Positions 19,201 to 30,300 of a DNA stretch of 64,000 bases are shown one piece after another (the stretch's first letter is position 1; the number at the start of each line of letters is the position of its first letter). The stretch is from Candidatus Multivoradales bacterium (lineage in GTDB: Bacteria; Acidobacteriota; Thermoanaerobaculia; Multivoradales; Multivoraceae). Location of the stretch: contig CBDCWI010000002.1 in NCBI GenBank assembly GCA_965223325.1, positions 2,016,001 to 2,080,000 on the forward strand, read 5' to 3'. The notes under the pieces are model-generated. The model was not told the origin of the DNA. It was given only the letters and a program-made list of their open reading frames with translations, and did not search any database. Position numbers and translations under genes: made by a program.

Positions 19201-21376
19201 CGTACGAACCCGCGCCGAAACCGAAGGCGTAGAGGCCGCCGGCGAGGGCATCGATCGAGCGCCGGTGCGTCGACGCGAGCGGGCCACCCGAGACGGCAGG
19301 TGCCGAACTCGGACCAACCCACTCCACGACGACGCGGGCCTGGCTGGCGAGCGGCAGGGAACCGGTGCCCACCGCCGCTCGCAGACCCGCAATCGAGATC
19401 TGCGGGCGTACATTCAGCAGATAGGCCGGTACCGAATAGAGGCTGCCCCAGAGGTTGAGGGTCTGGTGGTCTTCGAGGGTGGCGGGAATCCACGAGAGGG
19501 TGACTCGCTCTCCGGCGAGCCGTGCGCTGGGTACTTCGAAGCGCAAGAGCTCTTCGCCGGTCTCGGCTCGCACCAGGAAACGAGCGCGGTGCACCAGGCG
19601 CTCTGGGATCGCCGCGGCCTCTTCGAGAACGACTACCTCCTCGAAGGGAAGCGAGCTCGGAAGTAGCCCGAGGTCTTCGCGCACGATCTCGCGGCTGCCC
19701 AGCTCGGCTTCGAGCGCGCCACCGGCTAGCGCTACCTCGAGCCGGCGCACCAGGGTGTCGACGACATCTTCCGGCTGCTGACGGCTGAGATAGGCGGCAA
19801 TCTCCTGGTCGACATCGACGGCGCCTCTCAGAATGCCGGTGGGCGGTGTAACACTCACGCGCTTCGACGCAGGCGCCAGCGGCACCCAGGCGGCGCCCGA
19901 GAGGTCCACCACGGCGCCGCGATAGTTGCCGTACGGCGGCCGCGCACTGACCCAGACCTGTTCGAGCTGCATGGCCGCCACGCGGCCGCCACGAAGCACC
20001 GGCTCTGCCGGAACTCCCGCTTCCCGCAGCGCTCGCGGCACCTGCGCTTCGGTGACCCCGATCGAGAGCGCAAGCTCCTCGATGTCACGCTCGGCGACGC
20101 CCACCACGAAGCGAGCGGGCACCCCGCTGGCGCGCAGCAAGGCGACCAACAGGGCAGACTGGTCGGCATCGTTGCCGGCTCGTTGACGGAGAGTGGCCTC
20201 GGCACCCTTCTGGAGACCGGCGTACCACTCCGTGTGAATCTCGTTGCGCACGAAGTCAAAGATCCGCGCGGCTTCGAAGCCAAGTGCCTCGGCCTGGTCC
20301 CGGACGCTTACCGAGAGCGGCGAGAAGAGGTCAAACGCCAGGTCAGCACCTGCCGGCAGAATGTCCGCGGCGGTGCTGTAGGTCGGGGTGATCGGCGGGC
20401 CGAGGCTGAGGGCGCGGGCACCCGGGTGGTCGCGGTGGTACGGGAGCGAAACACCATGGATGCGCTCGCCGCGGGCTTCTTCGGCGAACGGTGCAGCTTC
20501 TGGAGCCGAGAACAAAACGCGCAAGCGACGAGTCGCCGCCTCGACCGCTTCGCGACTCGCCGGCGTGCGAACTGTCGGCACCTCGGTCTCTCCCGACCTG
20601 GGAGAACCGAAAGGCACCGCTTCGGCAGCACGGAGTTCGAGCGGGCCTGGCTCCTCTCTTGGTTCCTCTCCCGGTTCCTCGCCCGGCTCAGCGACCGACG
20701 CACCGGAACCATCTGGCTGTGCCTGGCGATCCACGGGCTCGCCTGGAAAGGCGGCATCGAGGATGCTGCGCAGCTCGGCCATGCGCTCGCTGTAGAGGCG
20801 TTGTGCCTCACTGAGCCGAGCGAGTACCTGACTGCCTGGCACCTGGACCTCGCCCGTTTCGTCGAGGGCTCCCCCGCTGGAATACCCGGCGCCAGTGAGG
20901 CGCTCCCGAACAGCCTCGAAGTGTTCGATCATGCGAGCGTCAGCGGCCCGCACGGCTCGCAGCAGATTCGTCGTGTGCGCGGTGTCGAGCGTCTCGGCGC
21001 CAGAGGTCCGAACGATCTCGGCGCGCAACGCTCTGATCGCACGGGTGAGCTCGGCCGCTGGCTCACCATCGTCACCCGGAGAGGTAAGCGCCAGACGCTG
21101 GTGCTCTAGCGAAGCGGCCGGCAGGGCCTCGAGTGCGGCGCGGAGCGAGTCGACCTCCTGGCCGCGGGCCAGCCGGTCGACCCACTCGTGGTGCAAACGG
21201 CGACGTTCAGCTTCAACGTCGGCGGTGGGTGAGCTCTCGGCCACCTGTGCGCCAACCGCTGTCGCAATGGCCACACCGAGAAGAAGAACGGAAGACACCA
21301 GACACGTGACGCGCCCGCGACGACGCGGTAGCGCATGAGAAGGAGTCAAAATCATCGGGCACTCACTCTTCATCAC
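10280..21376 (-). CDS. Giant RHS/YD-repeat polymorphic toxin: signal peptide, transglutaminase-like domain, Ig-like region, DUF6531-like, YD repeats, core, toxin tip
   Basis: Hydrophobic N-terminus; GNDADQSALLVALLRASGVPARFV; many YD repeats; FGFTGHELDDETGLYYAKARFYDPELGRFLTEDP...DPDG; tip HIFEDRPGHLPDTPENR. Confidence 0.95.
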   Translation of the reverse strand: MMKSECPMILTPSHALPRRRGRVTCLVSSVLLLGVAIATAVGAQVAESSPTADVEAERRRLHHEWVDRLARGQEVDSLRAALEALPAASLEHQRLALTSPGDDGEPAAELTRAIRALRAEIVRTSGAETLDTAHTTNLLRAVRAADARMIEHFEAVRERLTGAGYSSGGALDETGEVQVPGSQVLARLSEAQRLYSERMAELRSILDAAFPGEPVDRQAQPDGSGASVAEPGEEPGEEPREEPGPLELRAAEAVPFGSPRSGETEVPTVRTPASREAVEAATRRLRVLFSAPEAAPFAEEARGERIHGVSLPYHRDHPGARALSLGPPITPTYSTAADILPAGADLAFDLFSPLSVSVRDQAEALGFEAARIFDFVRNEIHTEWYAGLQKGAEATLRQRAGNDADQSALLVALLRASGVPARFVVGVAERDIEELALSIGVTEAQVPRALREAGVPAEPVLRGGRVAAMQLEQVWVSARPPYGNYRGAVVDLSGAAWVPLAPASKRVSVTPPTGILRGAVDVDQEIAAYLSRQQPEDVVDTLVRRLEVALAGGALEAELGSREIVREDLGLLPSSLPFEEVVVLEEAAAIPERLVHRARFLVRAETGEELLRFEVPSARLAGERVTLSWIPATLEDHQTLNLWGSLYSVPAYLLNVRPQISIAGLRAAVGTGSLPLASQARVVVEWVGPSSAPAVSGGPLASTHRRSIDALAGGLYAFGFGAGSYERQPSAEDLVVGEDETLAAVLLAQRALSFGIEWDEGERLLGGLLGVTVLRPAPSLAVTSLAIDVEFAVGLPQALRVEGVELDAIERVVHPFADPTQGGDPEAVARSFTAISALHGSSREHFGFEDDFMVESISADRGLGLARESGIAITTLDASNVDALLPTLSHSEEVKAAVLAWAQDGLVVEIPQTEVELRAWRGSVFRVIDQASGAAGYFLSGGLAGGETVEPFADWVLDDLADALAGAGQDTNPDPLSVTSLSRVEETDGLMAEVSERLPQRIGVVARDDLGRAVVGALVEFVVVAGDATVRSENGAGESASTTSDEAGIAWVEVLMGTDTSVNGELIRIRESDEEATLAGQILIEAVAQVEDDEVVIDQPFREYMLPGPPARLVPDRPVDQVHTAEPATFAETLRVFLYDAFDNPVSNAPVVFDVPEAPYFENVCPNQEDYFQPLPGVPPAGLFRDAQVFDPAACAIALPRHGQCGGPVLETVSGPRGAQAGVILGNDAVRPSLIRVSYPVAGDGVVFSETLEYNVLFSQGNATDPDGNPISPCSNLTSFRFRMPRPVDEFGNMIAAARPGESPDADLSIVLEVWNPDPYIDDQGDVRERTTGRWITGTAVDLPELLAEPGALSNGGSLSAPLFVPESEGSEFGTYFVRPTAGPVPVEHTVKLEPHHIRWNAEFIDEAGNPLVIPRELFSPAGGLPWLTFERPALFAVQPEVLGTEPEQTVITADSRLGDQLTVAYRIEPADYHALSVEVAFIEVSDANGVETGRLLGTAQGTERQGEGTALIPRGLEIVDGASYAFEVVLNRGSSYEVRSEPFPLPVTERIFRDVKQYLRVTQEVDIPNERAFSQADAFEFVVRREAAVTLEVRPIDAMTPDGDFELGAPQTVIGGEVLLGQQRRDLGPGDLAPGSYRFELTGVATDDGFVETHEGSIEVAYEVRDRAPVGHAMVKGVNLFDGHLVVSRSDLSYPGRGKALSFSRTWSSNHGNAPGTLGVGWSHPYDSRLILTPHGIAIVIGAEGSGMRFEGDGQGGWTPLRGYHGTLVQDTDNGAFDFFTRDGSRYRYFLREHNHFELDFIEDTNGNRTDLLYSGAGENRVLTSVVDSSGRSLDFTNVRRDFALWSGQVITAITGPGNQSVTFGYDIHGNLTSAVREGGLRSERYGYNFEVGDTPLWEKRHLLVEVENQLNTALSSYVYIKQPVGVQGDIQVPTYAVDHLVEPQGTTGPGGDITTAGGTTRFVYNTLALADRSSGQLETQVESARTDGDPKVTRWFLNGYGSPQRTVDPLGNESLMTWDDQDILLTSRTDANGVTTTFTYDSEGNLLSEETLSSEWDGTERTFTQVNTYWPSETFSLPAGGKIKNRLRTRTDRNGNTTSFGYDNRGNLIEESIQVTGLESSESLTTTHAYSANGDRIRTTNPRGFTTTFTYDVYGNLARVIEPSPGGTTETVWDERSLPLSRTDQEGRVTDFTYDGLGRLLRTDLPRAAGEAGRPSATASYDDANNVQTETDPAGRTTTTQFDLQGRVVRIENAVGGTMELAYDEAGNKTLETGWFDADTLRTEVTFQYDDADRLVRRDEPLDRTTTYGYDPAGNVIRETLLDQSDGSFPTRETLFGYDGLNRQDEITQVFGTAAGDATTRRRYDGEGNLVEEIDPEGRVSSSRYDELNRRIEFVEPPYSSGAAKTTQWIYDGSSNLIEERRLNQRYSASGSWDIADQIRNFSYDALDRVETQTDAEDREPQNRPTTFRYDKVGNVVAEIDPNLNRVEHSYDARNRRTTTTVHLDRVTSATHPEGLAVATTVRTFDAVGNLLTEEFPNGNTQTSNWDGLNRLLNTSDDMGAISSFEYDARGNRTAETNARGHRTELDYDALDRVVERRLPTVTVPATQPRVETFTYDVVGNQLSVTDVRGFTVDIEYDRLNRETRRILPPTATGFGNEGSTARYETSQTYDRVGNVLTRTNARGLTTSFEYDGLNRLVRQQDPGPLSYVQTFQYDAIGNQVEHIDRRGIAQRFTFDRENRDIAQSRDGLQLLSRRYDANGNKVSETDANGATTSWNYDERDLALVENRPETSTTVFHYDAMGSVILEIDPVGRESSRAYDLRQRLSSETTGAGETTLYEYDLAGNRTLTQRPEGGTWRNSYDEANRIQSVTSPAGTTSYTYDEAGNLLEHLDAENSATTFSYDALSRQATKTMADSSAEAMRYDENGNITGLRDAVGQEITRSYDVLDRETSVTYPEPVNDPDRTDFLSEISMTYDPSGNPTLIEEQYTGATGTRVTTRTYDTFDRLETVTDPQGETLSYRYDPNGNRTRLEDSDGLATTYTFDGLNRPTTVTTDGGTTEYRYYRDSRLERVTYPNGTTADTTYDLAGRTETITNRWNSALVSSYSYEYDRNGNRTVQVEENGGAAETTTYSYDLADRLTQVVYPDKTTTYTYDGVGNRLTEVDTSTSGVTRDRTLSYDSRHRIESMIDALDATQSVTYSWDPNGNLRTRSQGSETREHFYDSRDQLTEVRTNGLLSGYYQYDYQGLRIRKSGGPEGTVRYVYDDQSVLQQTDDNGFTLSKYDYGPDRLLSLNNTSEGRQFYLFDALGSISNLIQPDGALKARYRWDAWGNLRSQVGSSANVFGFTGHELDDETGLYYAKARFYDPELGRFLTEDPVFGDLSDPPSLHWYTYGKVNPTVWVDPDGRVEVRGMPSAPEGLPDEVVEKAERAQEMITELDDAVIEKAAEAADKLEELPGGSWLAERTEDLAAVASAGLNLLRIPPSAVQAVDLALEINANNQQSPITMIAEPEALPHRTRGFEANQQLVEEAKDSAVLILESAVEVGYEASRGDREAQIRTKRTVLEVGTAAGGLVRGGSKFVRAFRGKRARAARGASAPPESATRFPDGDSQLEHIFEDRPGHLPDTPENRNLLIDVADDPAATLGTDRFGNEWSARTLDDGTQAWVQTRDGIVQNGGLNLEPRTFNSDTGLSRGKQ
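11274..11292. other. Intragenic 19-bp core site (putative attB-equivalent) in rhs
   Basis: GGGTCATAGAAGCGGGCTT, identical in all four cassettes. Confidence 0.7.
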
Positions 21377-24300
21377 AGACCCCCACCAGTGGAGCCATCA
21401 TCCGGGCCAACAGCTCTTCGCCCGCCGGCGCCGAGACGCCGGACGCCGAAGGCAAGCAGAAGCCCAACCAATAGAAACAAACCGAACGGTCCGAGCACTG
21501 GAATCGCAATGACACTCGGACTCAAGTCGACCACCGTGGCATCGCCCTTCTCGACGGTGGTGGGATCATCGCTGTAAGTCGGCTCGAGATCGCCGGCGGT
21601 CAGAACACCCTGGATCGCCACGAAGCGCGTCCCCGGGAGCGGAGCCTCGGCGAGGCGGGTCGCAAAGCGCAACCAGCGCGCACCGCCGGGCTCGATTCCG
21701 CCGAAGGCATGCAGCGCCTCCAGCTCCGGCCCACTTGCATCGCGGCTGGAGGTGCACCCTTCAGGTGGTGAGCCATCTCCGAACTGCACGCTGCCGGGCA
21801 CCGTCTTCAAGACAGAAGGAACGTCGACCAGGGCCGTCACGCCGCGGGCGGCCGCGTCACCTACGTTCTCCACCCGCAGCGTCCATACGAGGACGTCACC
21901 GTGATCGAAGAGCCGATCCAGCTGGCGGTCCTCTTCGAAGCAACGGTCAAGGAATGCTTTGAGCTTCGGGCGCAGCCACTCGACGGTGATGCTGTCCTCT
22001 AGAACCTCACCGCCAGCCGTCGTGGCCACAGCATCGATCCGGGTGAGACCGCGGAAGAGCTTCACTTTGGGAACCAACCAGCTGCCGTCTGCCTCTGCGA
22101 TGACGGAGGGATAGACCCTCGAGTTGTGAGGATGGGCAACGCGGGTGGCCGTCACCTCAACCGTCGCGCCGGGGTCGGCCTGACCGCTCACGTCCTCGTG
22201 CGGGCCGAGCAGACTCTCGCCGTCTTCTGGATCGAGAATCAAGAAGCCAAACGACGGCCTGATCTTGAGGATGAAGCGAACTTCGACCCGCGCCGTATTG
22301 CCGAGCGTGTCTGTTGCCACAACGACCAGGAAGTGCGCACCGTTGGCATCGACCTCGGTGCCGCTCTCGAAAGGCTGGAAGTCGAGGGTGATTTCGGTGG
22401 TGTCCAGGTGCGGGTCTTCGACCGTAATGATCGGCGTCACCGGGTGCTCGTACTCGACCGTATGTTCCACGCCGGTCACCGTGATCTCGGGCGGCGTACC
22501 GTCAACCTCCACCGAAATCGCCTGCGCTCTGCCCTCTGCACCGTCACCGTCTGTCGCACGCGCCTCGATCTGGTGGAGCCCGTCGGCGAGCCCGTCGACT
22601 TGCCGCTCGTAGAAGGGCGCGACCATGGCAGTGGCCGGTAGCCACGCACCGCCGTCCATGCGAATCTCGACCGTGTCGACGGAGTTGTCATCGGTCGCAG
22701 AAACACGGACGGTGAAGCTCGCTGGTAAGAGCGCGTCCGCGAGCGGTTCGACAATCGCAACGACCGGTGGCTCGTTGGTGCCACCAAGCTGGAGGGCGGA
22801 ATCGGCATTCGCCAGGAGCTCTGTTACGAGGAACAGGTCAGCCTCGACCCGATACTGCCCGGGCGCCGCACCCGACGAATCCCACAGACGCTCGACGACC
22901 ACGCTTTGACCCACGGGGATGTCGGCTGGATTGTCCTGCCAACTGGCAACCACCGTTGCGGTGGCCATCTCAACGATGCGCAGGTCGAGGCGCGCACCGG
23001 AAAGCGGCTCCGAGCCGGCCTGAAGGTCGATCTGGGCACGAACTGCGATCTCGGTGCCAACCTCGGCGTTCGCAGGATCGGCGAGCACCGAGAGCCCGAC
23101 AGACTGCGGTACCAGAATCGTAAAGACCTCCGCGCTCTCAGACACCACGGTACCGGCGCCATCGGTAAGAACGGCGCGCACGGTGTAGACCCCTGGGGCG
23201 ACTCCGGCTGTGTCCCAAGTGAAGGGGAACTCCGCCGAACCATCGGCAGGAACCTGGGCCGTACCATCAACAAGAACCGCGACGAGAGAGCCGGCGCTGT
23301 CGTAGACGCGCACGGCAAGCTGGCCGTCCAGGGCAGTGCTCGCTGCAGACACGGTCGCCGACCCCGAAACCACAACACCCGGTGCACCCTCTTCGGCATC
23401 GAGGGCAAGGGTCACAGAAGGCCCGTCGCCGAGGATCACGAAACGAACCAGCGTGCTTGCCTGGTTGCCGGCAAGATCGCGGGCGGTTGCCTGGAGCAGG
23501 TAGCTGCCCGGCTGGGAGACGTCGGTACCCGAGATGAAGACCAGCCCGTTGAGGAGCACCGAGCTTGCCGCGAGATGGTCTTCTAAGATCTGAACGACTG
23601 GCGTCACGGTCCCGGTCAGCTGCTGGCCGTCGATGACGCCAAGAATGGTGATCAGAGGTGGCGTGAGATCGACCTCGAAGGTCAACGGACCCGCCGTCGC
23701 AACGTTGCCGAAACGATCGGTCGCGCGGGCGGTGGTGGTGTGCGTACCTTCGCTGAGGCCACTGGCATTGAGGACGAACTCCCCACGCTCGATATCGGCC
23801 AGGGTGGCCAGCATGAACGGTCCGCCGTCGATCGCGATCTCGACCCGCTCGATCCCGGAAAGGTCATCGGTCGCGGCCACCACGAGCCGGGCGTCGGCAG
23901 CGAGGAACGCACCATCCGTCGCCGGCGAGCGGAACTCGAGCACCGGCGGTTGACGGTCCACCAGGCTGACCTGAATCGTCGCCAGGCGGACGGTTTCCAC
24001 TCCCCCGCCAGGTGCTGGCAGGTCGGCCGAAAGAACCGCGACATAGGACGCCAACTCCAACCCGTCGGTGGCGAACTCGGCCCGCCCGCTAATGGTTTCC
24101 TGGACGGCGAGATCATAAAGCTCGACCACCGCGCCCAGCTCTTCGCCGCTCTCGGCGCGGCGCAGAACCACCCGCACCGGAATTGCTGCCAGATCGACTC
24201 CACCGACGTTTCTAACCGTGAAGTCGAGCGGCAGAGTGTCGCCTACCGCCACCGCCGAAGAAGGCCCGAAGAGAGAGCCTACGAGCGCGGCGGGCTGCAA

Positions 24301-27300
24301 ACTGACTTCGAAGGTCGTCTCGGCGGTCGCCAGGTCGATCCCTGCTCCGCGGAGCACGTGAACGACGCGCCACACGCCAGGTAGAGCACCATCCGTCGAC
24401 CAGGCAAAGAGCGCTGTGCGCTCCTCACCCGGCAGCAGCGTGCCATGGTCGCGCTCGAACATCGCGACCTCGACGTCGTTCGGATCAAACACCCGTACCG
24501 TTGAGATGGCATCTTCGACAATCGCGCTCGTGGTGAGATGACTCACCGAGGCGGTGATCTCGACTTCGTCGGGCGGCGTGTAGCGCCCGCGGTCCGTCTG
24601 GATGGCCGCCGTCACCTCGGCCTCGGCGCCCAGACCCAGAGTGGCTCGATCAACCAGTACCGGCGGTGCTCCGTTCTCGAGGCTGGCATCGAAGAGCTCG
24701 GCCACGACGACATAGGTCCCCGCAAACACGCCGGCGCTGTCCCACAGGAACTCCTCGATGTGCGATGCCCCGAAGTCGAGGTTGAGGTTCTCGACCCGCG
24801 ACAGGGTGGCAAGAGCAAAGCCGGCTTCGTCTTCGACCCGCACCACCAGGGTTCCCAGGAGCGGATCGCCGGCATTGGAAAGTCGCGCCGAACCCGTCAC
24901 CAGGTCTCCGGCCTGCCAGACGTCACGCTCGAGCTCGACGGTCAGTGCTGGACCTGCAAGCTCGGGCACGTCAACCGAGCGCTCGGACCGGTTGTTGGTT
25001 TCGTCGCTTTCGAAGATCACATTGGCGGCGTCAACGACCGCCCGCACGATGTGAACGCCAGCCAGGGCCTCGAAGTCGGCTGAGAACTCGAGCCGCTCGC
25101 CCGGTGCGAGTGGGGGAACGTCCGCATCAACCAGCGTCGAGGTAACGAGGCCGCCCGCTCCGTCTGGAAGATCGACGGCCAACACAAAGCGCGTTGCCGC
25201 CTGACTGACCGATCCACCGCGGTTCTTGACCGCCGCGCCCACACGCACTGTGTCGCCGCTCGCCGGTTGCACGGGCAGAAGCGAAACTCCACCCTCGAGG
25301 GCCAGGTCAGGTAGCTGACTCGCCTCGAGCACCAGGTTGACCGCCTCCGAAGGAGCGCTCGGGTTGCCAGCGGAATCGACCGCGATGGCACGAACGAGAT
25401 TGCTGCCCGGCTCGAGCGCCACCGGGAACTGGAAGCGCCCAGGAAGATCGAGGAAGAAGTGCGAGGCGCCAGTCGACCCCAGGAGACCCGACGGCCCGAA
25501 CTGAAGGTCGCGGGCGGATGACACATCCACGACGTCCTCTTCCCCGCTCGAGAGATCGCGCACGACAATGCGCGACTGCGGGTCGACAAACGCCAACTCG
25601 CTGCCATCGGGCGAGACGACCGGTAGACGGCCCAGACCAAGATCCTCGACCACACCGGTAGAAGGCGTGATGCGTACCATCTGGTCCTCACTCGGGGCGC
25701 TCGGATGTGGGCGGCTCACCAGCACGCGGCCTGCAGCGTCCCACTTGACGGGCACCTCCGAAACGGTGTCTTCGATTCGCACGACCGGGCCGCTACTACC
25801 GGTTGCGCGCTCCCAGATGAACAGCCCCGGGTCACTCGATCTCCCGGCCCACGCGAACCAGGCGCTGTCACGCGACCACCGCAACCGCTCGCCCACCAGG
25901 GTCGAGCCCTCGGCAAGCACGAACCATTCGCCGGTGGTGAGATCGTAGATGTGGATCCCTGTCACCGTACCGCCGCTCGCAACGGTACGTCGACCGGAGA
26001 GCGCGAGGAGCGTGCCGTCGGGCGACAGGCTGAGGTTACCGCTCCTTGCGGTCGTCAGTGACTCGTCCCTCGCACCATCGAACAGGAAGCGCCTGATCCC
26101 GTCGAGACCAACGTAGAGGAAGCCTTCCTCATCAGGCAGCCAGATCGGGCTGTTGTCGCCTTCCGTTGGGTGTTTCGTTTCAATACCGGTTCGGACATCT
26201 CGCACTACGACCTCTCCCGAACCTTCGAAGACAATCCGCGCGCTCCACGGGGCCAGAACCACCGAGCCGAAGACCGTCACACTCGGGTGCTGGACCGGCG
26301 CGCCGGTTGCCGTCCCCACGGCGACCAGAAGATCATCGCGCTCGAGCCGCACACCGGTTCCGGGCTCCGCACGACCACCAACAGGAACCGGGGTTGAAGA
26401 AGTCTGGTAGGTCTCACCACCACGAACCGGCACGAGGATGGTGGGCACTGCGGGCGGCTCCGCATCGATCGGCGTCGCCGCCACTTCATTCGAAACCGAG
26501 CTTTCGTTTCCTACTGCGTCGATCGAGGTCACCACCCAGAACCACTGCATCCCGGTTTCGAGATCACGATCGGTAAAGGGCGGCGCCGGGGTCGACGCAA
26601 CCCGTTCGTAGGGGCCGCCCGAAACAGCCGAACGGCGTACCACGTAGCCCGCCGGAGGCGGACCAGCAGGAGGCTGCCAGGCAAGGTCGACCGCATCGGC
26701 ACGCACCGCAAGCACCTGCAGGGCAACCGGTGCCAACGGGGAGGGAGCAAGGATCTCGACGACCTCGACGTTCGAAGACGCGCTGGCATTGCCCGCCGCG
26801 TCCAGGGCACGCACCAGGTAGCTGTAGATGCCGTTGGCCAGCAGGCCATCCACCAGCTCGAGTGAAGACAGGTCCTCGTGGCGCGCGATTCTGGCGCCAT
26901 CCCGCTCCACCGCATAGGCCACGACGTCGGGCTCGGGTGATGCGGTCCACGAGAGCTGGACGCTCGATTCCACAACAACTGCCACGAGACTCGGGGGTGA
27001 CGGCGCCACGACATCGCCAACCGAGGCGGCGGCCGGGGCACTCAGCACACTCTCGAATCCAAAGACGTCGACCGCAGTCACCGTGTATGTGTGCAGCCCA
27101 TCGGGCGCCGTGTCGACAACCGGCGGACCGCCAACGAGTGGCGCCTCGAAAGTTCTGAATTCGGCGACCTGCGGCACAACGATCACGCCCTCTTCGCTAC
27201 GACGCGTGAGGATATCCAGGCGCACGCCGTCTGCCTTGTAGAGATGCGGAAGCGTGATGGTCGTCGAGGCACTCTCGTCACCGCGCACCTCGGCGACAAC

Positions 27301-30300
27301 GCGCCAACGGTCAAAGACCAGCACTTCTAGATTCCAGTCGGGCGCATTGTGCACCAGGCCGGACGGTTCTTCGGTGCGCCAGTCAATCCGCATTTCCTGC
27401 ACATGGCGCGGCGCCGTCATCAGCGCTTCGAGTTCGAGGAAGCTCGACGTCGCGCGCGGCGACCAGAAAGTCAGAGGATCGTCGTCGAAGGCAAAGGTCG
27501 CATCCGAGGTTGCGTCCGTCGAAGTGGCGTCGATCTCGGCGAAATCGCGCACCTCGACGTTGGCGAGCACGGGCTCGCCGTTGCGGAACAGCCGGAAACC
27601 CACCACATCGGTTTCGGGGTGGGCATCCCAGTCCAGGGTGACATCGAATCCAGAAACACTGGTGACCAGACCGGTCGGAGGAGCTGGCGGCAGGTCAGCC
27701 AGGAGTGAGAGCTCAGCCGCACTACTGATGTTGCCTTCTGCGTCGGTCGCCGTCGCGATCAGCTGGAGCTGACCTTCCACCAGCGGAATATCCTCGAACA
27801 GGAAGTTGCGCGGCGTACTCACGGTCTCGAGCTCAGCAAACACACCACCCGGTCCCTCGACCCGCAGCTCGATTGTGAAACCTGCTTCTGGAAAGTCATC
27901 GCCCGAACCCAGCACAACCCGTCCGGGTAGCTCCTGCAGGGTCGTCTCGGGATGCGGCGACGCCGGGAAGGCGCTCCAGAAGACAGAGAAGACGCGCGCC
28001 TCGGCAGGATCAGACCACTCACCGATGTTGTCGAAGTCGTCTACCGCAGCGACGCGGTAGATCCAGAGTCCGCGCGACAATGAAGCATCGAGGTAGGTGG
28101 TTTCAACGATCAGATCGGTTGTGACCTCAGTCCAAGATGACTGGTCGGCGCGCCGGCGTTCGAGGCGATAGCCGACCAGGTCGCTGTCGGTCGCTGCGTT
28201 CCAGGCAAGCTGGACGTCGCGAGCGGTTGCCTGGGCAACCAGCCCGCTTGCTCCATCGGGCGGCGTGAGGTCGGCGTACTCAAACGTCGAGACCGGCGGT
28301 GCGGGGTCGACCCGACCACCGGAATCCGTTCCGACGGCGCGGAAGCTGTAGGTGCCAAAGGAGCGGCCCTCAGGATCCCAGGTTGCTTCGAAGGGTGCTT
28401 CCTCGTCGAGCGAGACCAGGACAAAGCCGCCCAGATCGACTTCGAAACGAACCGACGCGAGGTCCGTGTCGTCGCTGGTTGCGGTCAGCACGAGAATGCC
28501 GGTGAAACGCGTCCCCTCCTCGGGGTCGACAATGCGTGCACTCGGAGCGCGACGCTCGATGGTGGCTTCAGAAGGCGCTGAGGGCAAGCTTAAATTGCCA
28601 GCGGTGTCGATCGCGTAGACGATGTACTCAAAGGTTCCATCGGGGCTCTCGGCATCGGTCCACTGCGTGTTCTCGAGAATGAACGGCGCAAGGTCACCAA
28701 CCACGGCGCCTGAGGCGTTGACCAAACGACCGTCGCGGTAGAGCAGGTAGCCCGCAAGATCGGGCTCACTGTTCGAAGCCCAGGTGACGGCGATGTCTCG
28801 ATTCGCTACGGCCTCAGCGACCAATCCGCTGGGCTGGGCGGGCGCGACATTGTCGACCACCACGTCGACGCTCACGCTGGCGAGATTGCCGACCTGGTCG
28901 ACAGCCTCGAGCGTGAAGGTATAGGGCGCTCCTTCGGGTTGGCCAAACGAACTCCACTCGCCAAGCAGATCGAGCACCACCGGCGCCGGCGACTGGCGCA
29001 ACAGGGTGCGTTGTGCCGGCTGACCCGTAGGTTCTACGAACAGTCGATACTCGAAGAAGTCGCTCGGGCTGTGAGCGCTGCCCTCGATCTCGACCAGGCC
29101 ACGGACGCGATCTCCATCCTCCGGTGCAAGCAGGCGAACAGTCGGCGGCTTGCGATCGAGGGTCAAACGGGCCTCGTTGGAAGGCTCACTTTCGAGGCCG
29201 CCGAAATCAACCGCCGTCACCCGATAGCCATAGTCACCGTCGGCCAGCGCCAGATCGAGATAGGTGGGCAACGCCTGGGGAGGCACCAATGAGGCGCTGA
29301 TGCGGGTGCCATCGCGGTAGACGTAGTAGCCCGCGAGATCGCTCTCGGTGTTCGCCTCCCAGGCGAGCCGCGCATCGCGCTCGCCCTCAACCGTCACGAC
29401 CAGGGCGCGGGGCGCTGCCGGTGGTGTGAGATCGACCGTAATGCTGTGAACCGTCTCAGCAGAGTTGCCGGCATGATCAAGGCCGCGAAGGCGCAACGCG
29501 TAGACGCCGTCCGGCGGCAGATTGGCGAAACGATGGAGCAATGCTCCGGTGACCGACTCACCGTCCTGGGCGATCACCGACCAGCGGGTAGCACTCTCCG
29601 GGGTTCCCGGCGCCAACTCGAGCAGCCACACCGACAGATTGTCGTCGGAAGCGGTGCCGACTGTGTCAACCGGTTGGCCGATCTGCGCACCATCGATTGG
29701 CGCGTCGAGGGCAACCGTCGGCGGCGTTGCATCAACGGCAACCAGGATGGTGTCGGCTGCTTCCTGGCCTGCCAGATCAACCGCCACCAAGCGCAGGGTG
29801 TAGAGACCATCGGCAAGACCGGCCAGCGACCAGTTCGCGAGGAGGTCGGAGCTCGGAAGTTCGCTGCTCGACGCTAGGGCAGTAAAGCTCTGGGGCGGCC
29901 CGGCGGGACCGTGAGCACCGTATTCGAGTCGCCAGTTGTCGAGGTTTACCTCGACAACCGAGCCCAGAATCGCGACCGGACCCGAAACCGGTGACAGAAG
30001 CGCCTGTGGGGAGTTGGCTGGCGCCTCGGGATCACGCACTGGGCTGTCGATCGAAACGACCGGCGGCGTCTCGTCGATGGCGAACGCAATGAGCTGTTCG
30101 CTGGCGTTCTCAGCACGATCTGATGCTCTGCCCCGCAGATGGTACTCGCCTTCTGTTAGAGGCATTTCGCCACCCAGCCTGGCGACTTCGGCCTCGTCGA
30201 CCGGTGCCACGCCGGAGGCGACCGGAACCCAACTCGAACCGCCATCTGAGCTCAACTCGAACGACCAGTCACTGAGTAGCGCATCGCCAACGGTCACCAG

